Origin: a virus
Taxonomy: Duplodnaviria > Caudoviricetes
Direction: 5' to 3' (one strand)
DNA: 61,987 nt
IMG/VR virus record: IMGVR_UViG_3300035494_000045
Location: 1 to 61,987 of that record
Shown: positions 1-10,512 of the stretch, in pieces
How the letters are laid out: every line of letters starts with the position of its first letter
How positions within the stretch are numbered: the first letter of the stretch is position 1
Made by a program: the position numbers and the translations under genes
Notes under the pieces: generated by a model
Seen by the model: the letters and a program-made list of their open reading frames with translations, nothing else
What the model was told of the DNA's origin: nothing
The model's database searches: none

Positions 1-2
1 AG

Positions 3-248
3 AATGGATTCACCCATGTATATGACACAAAGCCAAGCTACACATATGTGGTAGGAATGACAAGACGACACAAATCTGGATTTAGAAAGAATAAATTAGA
101 AAAAATGCTCAAAGACTATAATCCAGATGAAACGGAGAGAACTAACACATTCAGAAACAAGATTTACAGAATTTATGATTGCGGTCTGATGAAATTTGTG
201 TTAGACTTGAAGAAAATAAGAGAGGAGGAGGAAACTAAAATTGCTTAA
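3..248 (+). CDS. C-terminal end of a probable homing-endonuclease-like phage protein (partial)
   Basis: Frame open from the window edge (NGFTHVYDTKPSYTY...); ends in a YRIYDCG motif that I associate with phage Hef-like endonucleases. Confidence 0.45.
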   Translation, partial: NGFTHVYDTKPSYTYVVGMTRRHKSGFRKNKLEKMLKDYNPDETERTNTFRNKIYRIYDCGLMKFVLDLKKIREEEETKIA

Positions 249-600
249 AATCATAAAAAGTGAAACTTACGCTTCATTAATGCGTAAGAATGATGAACTG
301 GCTAAGTCGCTTGATGAGGTGAATAATAAGTTAGAAAGCCTCACCAAGGAACTGAATGACATTCAGACTGCGAATCAACGGGAGAACAGTGTAACGATTT
401 CATTTGATGATACACTAACCAAAGCTTCACCAATTTTGCGATATAAACCAGACATTGTGGATAAGATGATTGAGTTGAAGATGATTAATGAGCAGGATGC
501 TACCCAGAAGCATAGTGTTGAGTTGGCATTAATGACGATGGGTGAAGAAGTATTGAAGCAGATTTTGGATTCATTCGCTGAACCATTCGAGGAGGTTTGA
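241..600 (+). CDS. hypothetical coiled-coil protein
   Basis: GGAGG SD upstream, overlaps both neighbours. Confidence 0.6.
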   Translation: MLKIIKSETYASLMRKNDELAKSLDEVNNKLESLTKELNDIQTANQRENSVTISFDDTLTKASPILRYKPDIVDKMIELKMINEQDATQKHSVELALMTMGEEVLKQILDSFAEPFEEV

Positions 601-1469
601 TGTTAAACCTTGTAGTGGATGTCAACAATCTATCATTTATCACTCGATATTCTAAGCTAGGGTCTCCAAAATCTAAGAGACAGAAGGAGAAGAATGCCGA
701 GTTGCTTATTTTTGTTGAAATGACAAAGTTGATATTGAATGAAGCAACTCGACATAATGTGGATGGGTTGGTTCTGGCAATGGACAGCAAGCATGTATGG
801 AGAAAGAATGTATATCCAGAGTATAAGGGGAACTCCACTTCAAATGAAGATTTTTATTATGAGGAAACCTTGTATGCGGCTAATATGGTCTTTGATTTCT
901 TCAAGGAACATACCAGTGCATATTGCCTGAAGGTTCCGAAAACAGAAGCCGACGATATAATTGCTGTTTGGTGTCAGGAGACTTCAGAGGATGCGATTGT
1001 GTTGTCTAGTGATAAGGACTATGTTCAATTGATTAAGGAGAACATTCGGGTATATTCACCAACACAAAAAGAATTCCGAGAGAGTGAGGATGTTGCATTT
1101 GACTTGTTTGTTAAGTGCATTCGTGGTGATAAGAATGATAATATCAAATCAGCCTATCCCAGAGTTCGATTGGATAAGTTGAGAAAGGCTTGGGAAGATG
1201 ATTTGGAGTTGTTGAATCTCTTGGAGACAAAGGTTGGTGATGATAAAGTTGGTAATGCCTTTGAAAAGAACATGACACTCATTGACTTGAGTAGACAACC
1301 AGATTATATCAGACAGAGCATCATAAGTGAGATAAGTGGTTATAATTGTAATAAATATAACCAGATACAGGTTTTGAAGTTTATGAAATCGAATGAGTTG
1401 GAGGCTTTCTCTGATATATTCAAACATAAAGACAAGGCTTTAAAGAAACCCCCTGTTTTTAAATTATAA
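597..1469 (+). CDS. rnh: T4 RNase H-like 5'-3' exonuclease (FEN family)
   Basis: Motifs VD.NN, WRK..YPEYKG, EADDIIA, SSDKDYVQL, GDKNDNI. Confidence 0.9.
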   Translation: MMLNLVVDVNNLSFITRYSKLGSPKSKRQKEKNAELLIFVEMTKLILNEATRHNVDGLVLAMDSKHVWRKNVYPEYKGNSTSNEDFYYEETLYAANMVFDFFKEHTSAYCLKVPKTEADDIIAVWCQETSEDAIVLSSDKDYVQLIKENIRVYSPTQKEFRESEDVAFDLFVKCIRGDKNDNIKSAYPRVRLDKLRKAWEDDLELLNLLETKVGDDKVGNAFEKNMTLIDLSRQPDYIRQSIISEISGYNCNKYNQIQVLKFMKSNELEAFSDIFKHKDKALKKPPVFKL

Positions 1470-1472
1470 ATA
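1465..1472 (+). promoter_or_regulatory. T4-type late promoter TATAAATA
   Basis: Exact T4 late consensus upstream of the 1506 ORF. Confidence 0.55.
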
Positions 1473-1505
1473 TTGGGGAAGCTTATTTAAAAGGAGTATG
1501 TTAAA

Positions 1506-1802
1506 ATGGCTTTTGATAAAGAGAAATTTAAGGAAGAACTGGAAGAGCAAATTAAGAATGCTGTTTCATTGGTTATCGAGTCTAAGATTCGTGAAGAAAT
1601 GGGCGAAGATGAAGACGAAGATAAGAAAACCGAAGAAGAACAAGAAGACGATTCATCTGAAAAAGAGAAAGATGTAAAAGAATCTGAAGATGAAGATGAT
1701 AAATCAGAAGACGATAAAAAGTCAGATGATGAAGAAGACGATGACGAATCCGATGAAGAAGATGAGGATGAAGTCGAAGAAGGTAAAAAGGGAAAAAAGT
1801 AG
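1506..1802 (+). CDS. highly acidic small protein, possibly prohead core/scaffold-like
   Basis: AAGGAG SD, D/E-rich, follows a late promoter. Confidence 0.55.
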   Translation: MAFDKEKFKEELEEQIKNAVSLVIESKIREEMGEDEDEDKKTEEEQEDDSSEKEKDVKESEDEDDKSEDDKKSDDEEDDDESDEEDEDEVEEGKKGKK

Positions 1803-2018
1803 TTAAGGAGTCGATGGTTTCCGTAACTGCTATTGACGGGGGCAATGGCTCCACAACTATGAAGAATCTTAATGTAAAAGATTTGACAAGACTTGCTAAG
1901 ACTGGACAGTATAAAATTTTCAGAGCTAAATATAGAAACGGTGACGAAGAAGAATATATTGTTCGACGTGGCAAATTGGTTAAAGTTTAATTGAAATAAA
2001 AGAGAGGTAGTAATCGTT

Positions 2019-2432
2019 ATGAAAAAAGATGTACGCATTGATGGTCGTATGCAACGTGTTTTTGTTTTGGCAGAAGAGTCGGAGCGTTTGGTTTATATCC
2101 CAGTGAAGTCGTTGGATAAAATCCACTATGACCAATTGACTGAAATCTCAGAAGCTAATCCAAAGAATATGCTAACTGAGATGAGTAAGACTAAGCTTCC
2201 CAATGGTCGCAATGCTTTGGCAGTATTCGATTCATTGATTCAGGTTATGGTTAAGTCTTCTGATACTGAAGGTGAGCGTTTGCGTAAACCTGATGAAGCA
2301 GTTGTGGATGTTCAATTGAAAGGTGATGCTAAACCTGAAGTTCATGTTCAAGAAACCCAAGCACCTGCTCCACAAGCCCAAAAAGCACCTACGCGTCGCA
2401 AACCAGGTCCTAAGCCGAAGCCTAAGCAATAA
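2019..2432 (+). CDS. hypothetical protein with Pro/Lys-rich tail
   Basis: GAGG SD, followed by a terminator. Confidence 0.7.
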   Translation: MKKDVRIDGRMQRVFVLAEESERLVYIPVKSLDKIHYDQLTEISEANPKNMLTEMSKTKLPNGRNALAVFDSLIQVMVKSSDTEGERLRKPDEAVVDVQLKGDAKPEVHVQETQAPAPQAQKAPTRRKPGPKPKPKQ

Positions 2433-2458
2433 AAATTCACGTTATATTGCTTGGAATG

Positions 2459-2485
2459 GAAAACCCTCATAAAGAGGGTTTTTTT
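2459..2485 (+). terminator. rho-independent terminator
   Basis: AACCCTC-ataaa-GAGGGTT followed by a T run. Confidence 0.75.
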
Positions 2486-2560
2486 ATGTTTACTTGAAAT
2501 GTTTTCTATGTTATAATATGGGTGATGACATATATTTCTAGTAAAAATGGAGGTAAGTTA

Positions 2561-3724
2561 ATGTATGAAAGTAGTTTTGATGTTGGGTTGGATGGTGAAC
2601 AGTTAGAAGCATTCACCGCAATAATTCAACACGCAACATCACCATTCAAAAGGGATGGTAGTTTAATAATTGGTGGGATTGGTGGCTCTGGCAAGACATT
2701 CACCATCAGGAGAGGTATAGAATTCCTCAGTTCACAGAACATTCGTGGATATATGGGCGCATATACGGGTCGCGCTTCATCGCAATTGAGAAAGAGTGGT
2801 CTTGATGCCAAAACTTTGCATTCGTTGCTCTACAAGGCTGTATTGGACGATAAAGGGGATTTGTTATTCTTTGACAAGAGACCATTGGATGAAATCTTGG
2901 AAAGTGCTGGCTCATTTTTGTGTATTGATGAAGGTAGTATGGTTCCGAAAGGAATGGTAGACACTCTATTGAGTTTACACGTTCCTTTAATTATGTCTGG
3001 TGATTTCTTTCAGTTACCTTCCGTTGACCCAGAGAATGGAGAGTACAATGCCATGACGGATATGGCTGGTGAAAGAATCTCACTAACACAAAACAGAAGA
3101 ATTGACCCTGATGCCGAGGGGATATTCAGAATCACGGAACATTTACGAGAACATAACACCTTACCTAGAATGGGTGGCAAAGGATATAAGGCAATTTCTA
3201 AGGCTAAGATTTTGAATGTTCCGTATCATGAGAACAATCAATACGATGTTATTCTCGTTGGGACTAATAAGACCAGAAAGAAATTGAATAATCTGGTGAG
3301 AAATGGGAGAGGATTCACAAGTAAAGTTCCTGATATTGGTGAACGTGTTATATGTTTACAAAATACGGTACTGAATGAGGTTCCGTTGAGCAATGGTGAA
3401 ATCTTTGAGGTTAAAGGTGTCATTCAAGGTAATGCCATGTCCACATTCCATTTAGAGAACGTGGACAACGGTGATACCGTAGCTGTAAATATCTATAATG
3501 AAACTTGGGAAACTGAGAAAATACCTAGTAACCACAACAAGAAAACGAATGGGAATGTTGGGTGTTTTGGTTATGCCTATGCCATTTCTGTTCATAAGAG
3601 CCAAGGCTCTACATTTGAAAATGTGCTGTTCTATGATGAAGATGTAAGCTTTTTCTTAAATCAGCAACGCTTTAGATATACGGCTTGTAGTCGTGCATCT
3701 AAAAATTTAGTAGTATCAATCTAA
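2561..3724 (+). CDS. Dda/RecD-like SF1 DNA helicase
   Basis: Walker A GIGGSGKT, IDEGSM, GDFFQLPSV, YAISVHKSQGSTF, YTACSRA. Confidence 0.9.
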   Translation: MYESSFDVGLDGEQLEAFTAIIQHATSPFKRDGSLIIGGIGGSGKTFTIRRGIEFLSSQNIRGYMGAYTGRASSQLRKSGLDAKTLHSLLYKAVLDDKGDLLFFDKRPLDEILESAGSFLCIDEGSMVPKGMVDTLLSLHVPLIMSGDFFQLPSVDPENGEYNAMTDMAGERISLTQNRRIDPDAEGIFRITEHLREHNTLPRMGGKGYKAISKAKILNVPYHENNQYDVILVGTNKTRKKLNNLVRNGRGFTSKVPDIGERVICLQNTVLNEVPLSNGEIFEVKGVIQGNAMSTFHLENVDNGDTVAVNIYNETWETEKIPSNHNKKTNGNVGCFGYAYAISVHKSQGSTFENVLFYDEDVSFFLNQQRFRYTACSRASKNLVVSI

Positions 3725-3747
3725 AAAAGAGAGGAGGATTGACCTTT

Positions 3748-4965
3748 ATGAGTAATATAAAAATTGACTATTCGGAATTTCTTGATTATTGTAAATCTGA
3801 TAAGGAACGAGTGGTCTACGAATTACTTTCCAATGACGAAAAGCAAAAGAAAATTGCAGAAATCGTTGGAGTTCATCCACGAACAGTGCGTAAAATTAAA
3901 AAGCGTGTTCAAGACCGAGCCGCAACAAAAGGATATATGCCTGAATATGGTATCCGACATAAGATTCCAGACAATCTTCTTTTAAAAGGTACAAGTCAAC
4001 TATTCAAGACTGATGAGTTTGGTAATCAAATCAAAGTCTTGGAGTGGATTAAGACCAATGCTGATGCTGATAAAATGGTTGAAGTCATGGAAGGTGTCAT
4101 TGATGCCCTACGCGAAGACATTCCACAAAACCCTATCACCCCACCACAAAAGCCAAAATCTTATAATAATGAGCTTTTAAACCTTCACGTTGTGGCTGAT
4201 TACCATCTTGGTATGTTTGCTTGGCATGAGTTGAATGGTGAATCGCAAGACTGGACAACTGAACGTGCAGAAAAGTTCATCGTTGAATGGTTCAAGCAAG
4301 GAATCAAACAAGCTCCAGATGCTAGGGTTGGTGTTTTATTAAACTTGGGTGACTTTTTCACATCCGATTCAACTGACCCTGTTACACCAGCATCTAAACA
4401 CCTACTGGATGTTGATGTTAAGTTCCAGAAAATGATTCGCATCGGTACACGTATTTTGCGTCAGATTGTTGAGATGATGCGTGAGAAGTATGAGGTGGTG
4501 TATTTCTATAATGTTGCTGGTAATCACGACTTCTCTTCTACAATGTGGTTAAAAGAGTTCTTCTACCAATTCTATGAGAACTGTGATGATGTGATTGTAG
4601 ACCGTTCTGGTGACATCTACCATTGTCATGAACACGGTGAATGTTCACTATTCTTCCATCACGGACATAAGAGAAACATGAGCACTGTTCCTGATGTGTT
4701 GGTTGCTAAGTTCCGAGAAGTTTTTGGAAGAACCAAGCATTCATATGCGCATCTAGGACATCTTCATCACACTCAAGTTAAAGAGACGAATATGATGGTT
4801 GTTGAGCAACATCGCACAATGATTCCTTCTGATGCATATGCTTCAAATGGTGGTTATATGTCTGGTCGTTCTGCTGATGTTATCACTTACCATAGTAAGC
4901 GCGGTAAAGTGAATCGAATCACTATTAGTTCACAAATGGTGGAGGACGTAATTGATGGATTATAA
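3748..4965 (+). CDS. N-terminal HTH plus calcineurin-like metallophosphoesterase
   Basis: IAEIVGVHPRTVR HTH; D.HLG, GDFF, GNHD, HHGH, GHLHH motifs. Confidence 0.8.
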   Translation: MSNIKIDYSEFLDYCKSDKERVVYELLSNDEKQKKIAEIVGVHPRTVRKIKKRVQDRAATKGYMPEYGIRHKIPDNLLLKGTSQLFKTDEFGNQIKVLEWIKTNADADKMVEVMEGVIDALREDIPQNPITPPQKPKSYNNELLNLHVVADYHLGMFAWHELNGESQDWTTERAEKFIVEWFKQGIKQAPDARVGVLLNLGDFFTSDSTDPVTPASKHLLDVDVKFQKMIRIGTRILRQIVEMMREKYEVVYFYNVAGNHDFSSTMWLKEFFYQFYENCDDVIVDRSGDIYHCHEHGECSLFFHHGHKRNMSTVPDVLVAKFREVFGRTKHSYAHLGHLHHTQVKETNMMVVEQHRTMIPSDAYASNGGYMSGRSADVITYHSKRGKVNRITISSQMVEDVIDGL

Positions 4966-5590
4966 GAAGTTTAAATTAATTCAGCAGTACAATCGAGTTG
5001 CCATGTGGAATGACTTTGCTGGTAACTCGCCACACGATGACCCATCGAACCAACTAGATAGGGTTATTGAAGAGATGAAAGAGTTTAAAGGTCATACTGA
5101 AACCCCGATTGGGGTTGACTATGCAAGAAAGGTTGCCATTGTCGATGACCTTGCTGACATCTTTGTAACTGCGGCATACTTAGACTATATGAACTTTCAT
5201 GGTTCTCGGTGCTCTGTTTATAGTTACAGACCTAACGATAAGATTGATTCTTATTTGATTAGTGGGAACTATCATGAACTTCGCAAAGTCATCACACCAG
5301 AAAATGCATTGAAAGTTGTCTGTGAGATTGCTCTTTCCGAGAAACATGATGATTTTGATTTGATGGGTGCAATTGAACACGTCATGGACTCAAACTTCTC
5401 CAAATTCATTCCAAGGGGTGCGTCTGGTTGGTTAGACATTTCTTTGGAAGAGTTTAAGAATGATGGTGTTGATGTGTATGTGGTGAATAACAATCTATAT
5501 CACGTTATCAAACGTAAGTCTGATAATAAGATTCTCAAACCTGTATCATACCGTCCACCAGAACTTGACGTGTATGTGAAAAAAGTATAA
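4952..5590 (+). CDS. MazG-like/PRA-PH nucleotide pyrophosphohydrolase
   Basis: EE..E, D.LAD.FV, V..SNFSK, KILKP..Y.PP. Confidence 0.75.
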   Translation: MMDYKKFKLIQQYNRVAMWNDFAGNSPHDDPSNQLDRVIEEMKEFKGHTETPIGVDYARKVAIVDDLADIFVTAAYLDYMNFHGSRCSVYSYRPNDKIDSYLISGNYHELRKVITPENALKVVCEIALSEKHDDFDLMGAIEHVMDSNFSKFIPRGASGWLDISLEEFKNDGVDVYVVNNNLYHVIKRKSDNKILKPVSYRPPELDVYVKKV

Positions 5591-5606
5591 AATTGGAGAC
5601 TGCCTT

Positions 5607-5861
5607 ATGGAATTAAAATGTGGTGAGACAAAATGCACAATGTCTTTGAATGACCCTCTTAGAGAATGGAACATTTACGCACCAAACGATAATGGTTATT
5701 ATCTTTGTGAAGAGGTTATTTATATAAGAGAGACCTGCACAAATGTTTTGAAAGTTTGCAAGAACTATGAAGAAATTGAGAGGTTTTTTGAGTCATTGGA
5801 TGCACGTCATTCCCACGTTTTAATGAAGGCATTCTTGACAATAAATACTAACCCACTTTGA
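5607..5861 (+). CDS. hypothetical protein
   Basis: GGAG SD, in operon. Confidence 0.5.
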   Translation: MELKCGETKCTMSLNDPLREWNIYAPNDNGYYLCEEVIYIRETCTNVLKVCKNYEEIERFFESLDARHSHVLMKAFLTINTNPL

Positions 5862-5928
5862 GAGATATGGATGGGGAAATCTCCCCATCTTCACCAAGCA
5901 CAATATAATAAGAAGGAATTAAAAATAT

Positions 5929-8244
5929 ATGAACCTAACCAGTATTACCGTAGAAAAGAAGAAAGGAATTGTAGAAGAATTTGATATTAATAAAATCCAC
6001 AAAGTAACATCATTTGCTTGTGATGGATTGGTTGGTGTATCAGCATCACCATTAGAGATGGGTCTTTCTAAGAAATTGGTAGGCGTAACTAAAATCACTA
6101 CCAGTGAAATCACAAAGCTATTGGTTAAATCTGCACAAGAACTTGCTTACACTGATTCAACAAACTATCAATATGTTGCTGGTCGCTTAACAAATTATGA
6201 CGTGCGTAAAATAGCTTACGGTCAGTTTGAAGTGCCATCATTATACGACATCATTACGAAGAATGTGAAAGATGGTTGGTACGATAAAGAAATCCTGGAA
6301 ATGTACACCAAGGAAGAGATTGACTATTTTGATTCTAAGATTGACCATAAGCGTGATGAAAACTTTACCATTGCCGCATGGAAGCAATTAACATCAAAAT
6401 ATCTTGTTCGTGATAAGAAGCAACCAAAGGGATACGGCTTCAAAGAAACACCACAAGTCATGTATATGATGATTGCAATGACACTTCTTAATAAACGCCA
6501 TGACAGAAAGCATATGGTCGTTGATTTTTATGATGCAGTATCAAAAGGACATAATAGCACATTATCTAACGCTACTCCTATTTTGGGTGGAGTAAGAACG
6601 CCAACTCGTCAGTTTAGCTCATGTGTCGTTGGTAAGGCTGGAGACTCGTTAGATTCGATTAATGCGGCATCGGCATCGATTGTGAGCTATGCATCTAAAC
6701 GTGCTGGTATCGGTATTGATATGTCAGAACTAAGACCAATCGGTTCACCTATTCGTAATGGTGAGGTGACGCATACTGGCATATTACCATTTATTAAACT
6801 TATTCAATCGGCAACAAAATCTTCAAGCCAAGGTGGAATTCGCGCAGGAAGCTCAACAGCATACTTCAATATTTTCCACATGGAGATTGACGACATTCTA
6901 ACTTTCAAGAATAATAGAGGGACTGAAGAAAACAGAGCACGTCATATTGATTATGGCATCAATATCAATGCACATTTCTATAGAAAAGTCATCAAGGATG
7001 AAGATTATTGGCTATTTAATACAGACCAAACCCCTGGTCTATATGAAGCATTCTTCACCAATCCAGAGTTGTTTGAAGAATTGTATGAGAAGTATTCGAG
7101 AAAGCGTGGAATCCAAAAGAAAAAGGTCAATGCAAAAGAACTATTCATCAACCTTTGTATTGAAAGAATGGGAACAGGTCGCATATATATCCACAATGTA
7201 GATAATGCAAACCAACAGACAGTCTATAATGGATTGAAAGATGTTATATATTCGAGTAACTTGTGCCTTGAAATTGAGCTAACTACTTGTAATTTAACGA
7301 AATTCTCAAACTTTACAAAGCAAGAAGCATTACAGTATGGCATGTATCACGAAGACATGACACCACAAGAGTTCAAGTCTAAGTTTGGTGAGATTGGTTT
7401 GTGTACACTATCAAACATCAACTGGGGAGCAATCAAATCACCTGATGACTTTGAGCAACCGTGTAAACTTGCTGTCTATGCTTTGGATGAGCTATTGGAC
7501 TACCAAGACTATCCAGTTATTGCCGCAGAAGTACCAGCCAAAGCAAGACGACAGTTGGGGATTGGTGTTAATAACTTGGCATACTTCTTGGCTAAACATG
7601 GTGTGGCATATGGCTCACCAGAAGCATTGGCATTGGTTGATGAGTATATGGAAGCTATGTACTATTACTGTACGAAAGCATCATTAGAGTTGGCTAAAGA
7701 GAAAGGGAAATGTGATTGGTGGGATGAGTTGGACTACGACTTCATCTTCAACAAACGCAATAAGAATGTTGATGAACTTATACCACACACTCCAAGATAT
7801 GATTGGGACGCGTTGAAGAAAGAAATTGATATTTATGGTCTCCGACATACAATGTTGATTTCTACACCACCATCTGAATCAAACTCTGTTATGATTAATG
7901 CGACAAATGGTGTTGAACCTGTTCGCTCTTTGATTACTTCTAAGGGCAACAAGGAAGATGCTTATCCAGTGGTAGTTCCTAGCATCTCGTTAAAATATGA
8001 TATGCTATGGGAAATGGACATGAGCAACTATATCAAGACGGTTGCAGTTCTTCAGAAATATCATGACCAAGGAATAAGCAATAGCTTATCATATGACCCT
8101 GATGCATTTCCTGATGGTAAATTACCAATCAAGAAAGTCATGACAGACATTTTAACCTCTCAGAAATATGGTCTAAAGGCTCTATATTATCACAACACCA
8201 AAGGTGAAGATGGTGGTGATGATTGTGAGACGTGTAAGTTATAA
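5929..8244 (+). CDS. nrdA: ribonucleotide reductase class Ia alpha subunit
   Basis: ATP cone, RTPTRQFSSC, SNLCLEI, LYY, C-terminal CETC. Confidence 0.97.
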   Translation: MNLTSITVEKKKGIVEEFDINKIHKVTSFACDGLVGVSASPLEMGLSKKLVGVTKITTSEITKLLVKSAQELAYTDSTNYQYVAGRLTNYDVRKIAYGQFEVPSLYDIITKNVKDGWYDKEILEMYTKEEIDYFDSKIDHKRDENFTIAAWKQLTSKYLVRDKKQPKGYGFKETPQVMYMMIAMTLLNKRHDRKHMVVDFYDAVSKGHNSTLSNATPILGGVRTPTRQFSSCVVGKAGDSLDSINAASASIVSYASKRAGIGIDMSELRPIGSPIRNGEVTHTGILPFIKLIQSATKSSSQGGIRAGSSTAYFNIFHMEIDDILTFKNNRGTEENRARHIDYGININAHFYRKVIKDEDYWLFNTDQTPGLYEAFFTNPELFEELYEKYSRKRGIQKKKVNAKELFINLCIERMGTGRIYIHNVDNANQQTVYNGLKDVIYSSNLCLEIELTTCNLTKFSNFTKQEALQYGMYHEDMTPQEFKSKFGEIGLCTLSNINWGAIKSPDDFEQPCKLAVYALDELLDYQDYPVIAAEVPAKARRQLGIGVNNLAYFLAKHGVAYGSPEALALVDEYMEAMYYYCTKASLELAKEKGKCDWWDELDYDFIFNKRNKNVDELIPHTPRYDWDALKKEIDIYGLRHTMLISTPPSESNSVMINATNGVEPVRSLITSKGNKEDAYPVVVPSISLKYDMLWEMDMSNYIKTVAVLQKYHDQGISNSLSYDPDAFPDGKLPIKKVMTDILTSQKYGLKALYYHNTKGEDGGDDCETCKL

Positions 8245-8247
8245 GTA

Positions 8248-8288
8248 TTGACAGTAAGAGTGTTCCAGTATAAAATGTGCTGGAACAC
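8248..8288 (+). promoter_or_regulatory. sigma70-like promoter with -10 box inside an inverted repeat
   Basis: TTGACA-17-TAAAAT; GTGTTCCAG...CTGGAACAC. Confidence 0.6.
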
Positions 8289-8307
8289 AACAAAGAGGGA
8301 GGAACAA

Positions 8308-9438
8308 ATGTCTAAAAATGAAACCTGTTCATTTACATTTTCAAAATGTAAAACTGACCACTTAACTGACCCGATGTATCTATCGGAAAATGGTCATGAC
8401 ATCTCAAGAACGGATGTCGTTAAATATCCATCCATTCTCAAGATGGATGAACGTATGCGCTCATTGTTCTGGGTTCCTGAAGAAATCTCAATCTCACAAG
8501 ATAAGAAAGACTTCAAGAGCTTGCCAGACTATCAGCAAAAGATTTTTACAGAAACACTATTAAGAGCAACAATGTTGGATAGTATCCAAGGTCGTGCTCC
8601 TAGTGCTGTATTATTACCAATCTGTACCAATCCAGAATTGGAGTTGGCAATCACCACATGGGACTTTTTCGAGAGCATCCACTCGAAATCTTACTCATAC
8701 ATTATCAAGAATGTTTATACCAACCCATCAAAAATCTTCGATGAGTTGAAGGACATCTCTGGTATTACTGATTGCTCAACATCGATTGCTGAGTATTATG
8801 ATGATTTGTATGTGTATAATGCCAAAGCAGTATTGAATTCACAGGGGTATGATGTTGGATATGACCTATATGAACATAAGAAGAAGTTATACTTATGCTT
8901 AACTGCGATTAATGCACTAGAAGCTATTCGTTTCTATTCTGCATTTGCTGTTTTCTTCTCATTGGGTGAGAATGACTTAATGCAAGGAACGGCTAAGATT
9001 TTGCAGATGATTGCCCGTGATGAGAGTTTGCATGTTGGCTTGACAACATATCAAATTGATAATCTTCCAAAAGAAGACCCAGACTATGCCAAGATTGCCA
9101 AAGAATCTTATGATGAAATGGTGAAGGTATATAATGATGTTGTTCTTCAAGAGATTGACTGGGTTAAGTATATCTTCAAAGAAGGCTCAATGCTTGGCTT
9201 AAACGAATCAATGCTGAGTGAGTATATCTTTTACTTAGGAAGACAGAAGATTCGCCAATTTGGGTTTAGTGAGGATGATATTGCATTTCCAGTTGTCAAG
9301 TCTAACCCTTTGCCTTGGATGGACAGTTGGTTGAATCTTTCTGCAACACAATCCGCACCGCAGGAGATTGAACAAATCAACTATCGTGCTGGTGCTGTTG
9401 ATTTGAATGATTCGGACTTGGGTGATTTTGATTTATAA
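8308..9438 (+). CDS. nrdB: ribonucleotide reductase beta subunit
   Basis: FWVPEEI, LDSIQGR, E.IHS.SY, LEAIRFY, IARDE.LH, APQE.E. Confidence 0.97.
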   Translation: MSKNETCSFTFSKCKTDHLTDPMYLSENGHDISRTDVVKYPSILKMDERMRSLFWVPEEISISQDKKDFKSLPDYQQKIFTETLLRATMLDSIQGRAPSAVLLPICTNPELELAITTWDFFESIHSKSYSYIIKNVYTNPSKIFDELKDISGITDCSTSIAEYYDDLYVYNAKAVLNSQGYDVGYDLYEHKKKLYLCLTAINALEAIRFYSAFAVFFSLGENDLMQGTAKILQMIARDESLHVGLTTYQIDNLPKEDPDYAKIAKESYDEMVKVYNDVVLQEIDWVKYIFKEGSMLGLNESMLSEYIFYLGRQKIRQFGFSEDDIAFPVVKSNPLPWMDSWLNLSATQSAPQEIEQINYRAGAVDLNDSDLGDFDL

Positions 9439-9450
9439 AAAGGAGAAAAG

Positions 9451-9705
9451 ATGGAAGTAGTTGTATATACAAAACCAAACTGCCCACAATGTGTGCAAGT
9501 TAAAAATGTTTTAAAATCGGCAGATATTTCTTACACTGAGAAAGAAATCAGTCCAGATAACATCGATATGCTTATGAACTATACTCGTTCTGCACCAGCC
9601 GTGTTCATTAATGATGAGTTCATGGATACTAAAGATGTCCTAAACAAGTCATGGGAAAGGGAGAAAGCAAACGTGGCAATCGATTTGAGTGGAATTGTCT
9701 TGTAG
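9451..9705 (+). CDS. glutaredoxin
   Basis: YTKPNCPQC, RSAP.VFI; follows nrdAB. Confidence 0.9.
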   Translation: MEVVVYTKPNCPQCVQVKNVLKSADISYTEKEISPDNIDMLMNYTRSAPAVFINDEFMDTKDVLNKSWEREKANVAIDLSGIVL

Positions 9706-9726
9706 AATAATCTCCATACTAAATAG

Positions 9727-9751
9727 AAAGGAACCATATGGTTCCTTTTTT
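9727..9751 (+). terminator. rho-independent terminator
   Basis: AAAGGAACC-atat-GGTTCCTTT plus T run. Confidence 0.7.
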
Positions 9752-9770
9752 GTTTTATGGGAGAAAGAAA

Positions 9771-10232
9771 ATGGGAAAGACTAGAATTATGAAAATCGTT
9801 AGGCTCAAAAAGTCTAACGAAGAATCAACTGTTGGTGAATTGTATTTGGATGATGAGTTCTTCTGTTACACTATGGAACAGCCTTGGAATGATAACAAGC
9901 CATTCAAATCATGTATACCAACTGGAATATACAATTTAGAAAAATTTAAATCGAAAAAATATGGAAACACATTCGCTCTATATAATGAGGTATTGGGTGT
10001 TACTGTAGAAGAGAAAGGTTTCTTAGATTTAACAAACCGATATGCAATCTTGCTTCATTCTGCTAACTGGGCGCATCAACTTGAAGGGTGCATTGCTCCT
10101 GGTAGAAAACTAATCAAGGATGCTGGTGGTAAGTTCATGGTAACAAGTTCTGCTGATACGGTTAAAGACCTATTATCGAGAATTGATGTAAATACTATGG
10201 TAGAAATTGTAAACGAGGGAGATTGGGGTTAA
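9771..10232 (+). CDS. putative endolysin (DUF5675-like)
   Basis: T.GELY...FFCYT.E.PW..N....SCIP.G.Y and I..H.AN....L.GCI..G; precedes holin and spanins. Confidence 0.75.
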   Translation: MGKTRIMKIVRLKKSNEESTVGELYLDDEFFCYTMEQPWNDNKPFKSCIPTGIYNLEKFKSKKYGNTFALYNEVLGVTVEEKGFLDLTNRYAILLHSANWAHQLEGCIAPGRKLIKDAGGKFMVTSSADTVKDLLSRIDVNTMVEIVNEGDWG

Positions 10233-10233
10233 A

Positions 10234-10512
10234 ATGAGCGAAGAAAGTAAAGATTTATCAAAAGAACTACACGCCTTCCGTGTGCAGGATTGGTGGGGCA
10301 AGCACAATATGTCTTCAAGAATTTTGGCAGTGTGTATTGCTATTGTCATGATAGCATTCACTGTGGCATTCTTTATGGGTGTGGCGATTCCTGCTGATGT
10401 TTTAGTTGCTTCCATTTGGGCATCAGCATCGGTTGTTATTATTCTAACCATTGGTGCTAACTCACTGGATAGTATTGCGGATATTATTTCAAAGATTAAA
10501 GGATTTCGGTAA
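10234..10512 (+). CDS. putative holin
   Basis: Two hydrophobic segments, basic C-terminus, cassette position. Confidence 0.6.
   Translation: MSEESKDLSKELHAFRVQDWWGKHNMSSRILAVCIAIVMIAFTVAFFMGVAIPADVLVASIWASASVVIILTIGANSLDSIADIISKIKGFR

Noticed and set aside
1487-2038. Ser-rich and Arg/His/Leu-rich minus-strand ORFs
   Set aside because: Antisense shadows of the low-complexity acidic gene at 1506-1802. Most other short ORFs in the track that overlap long genes are likewise shadows.
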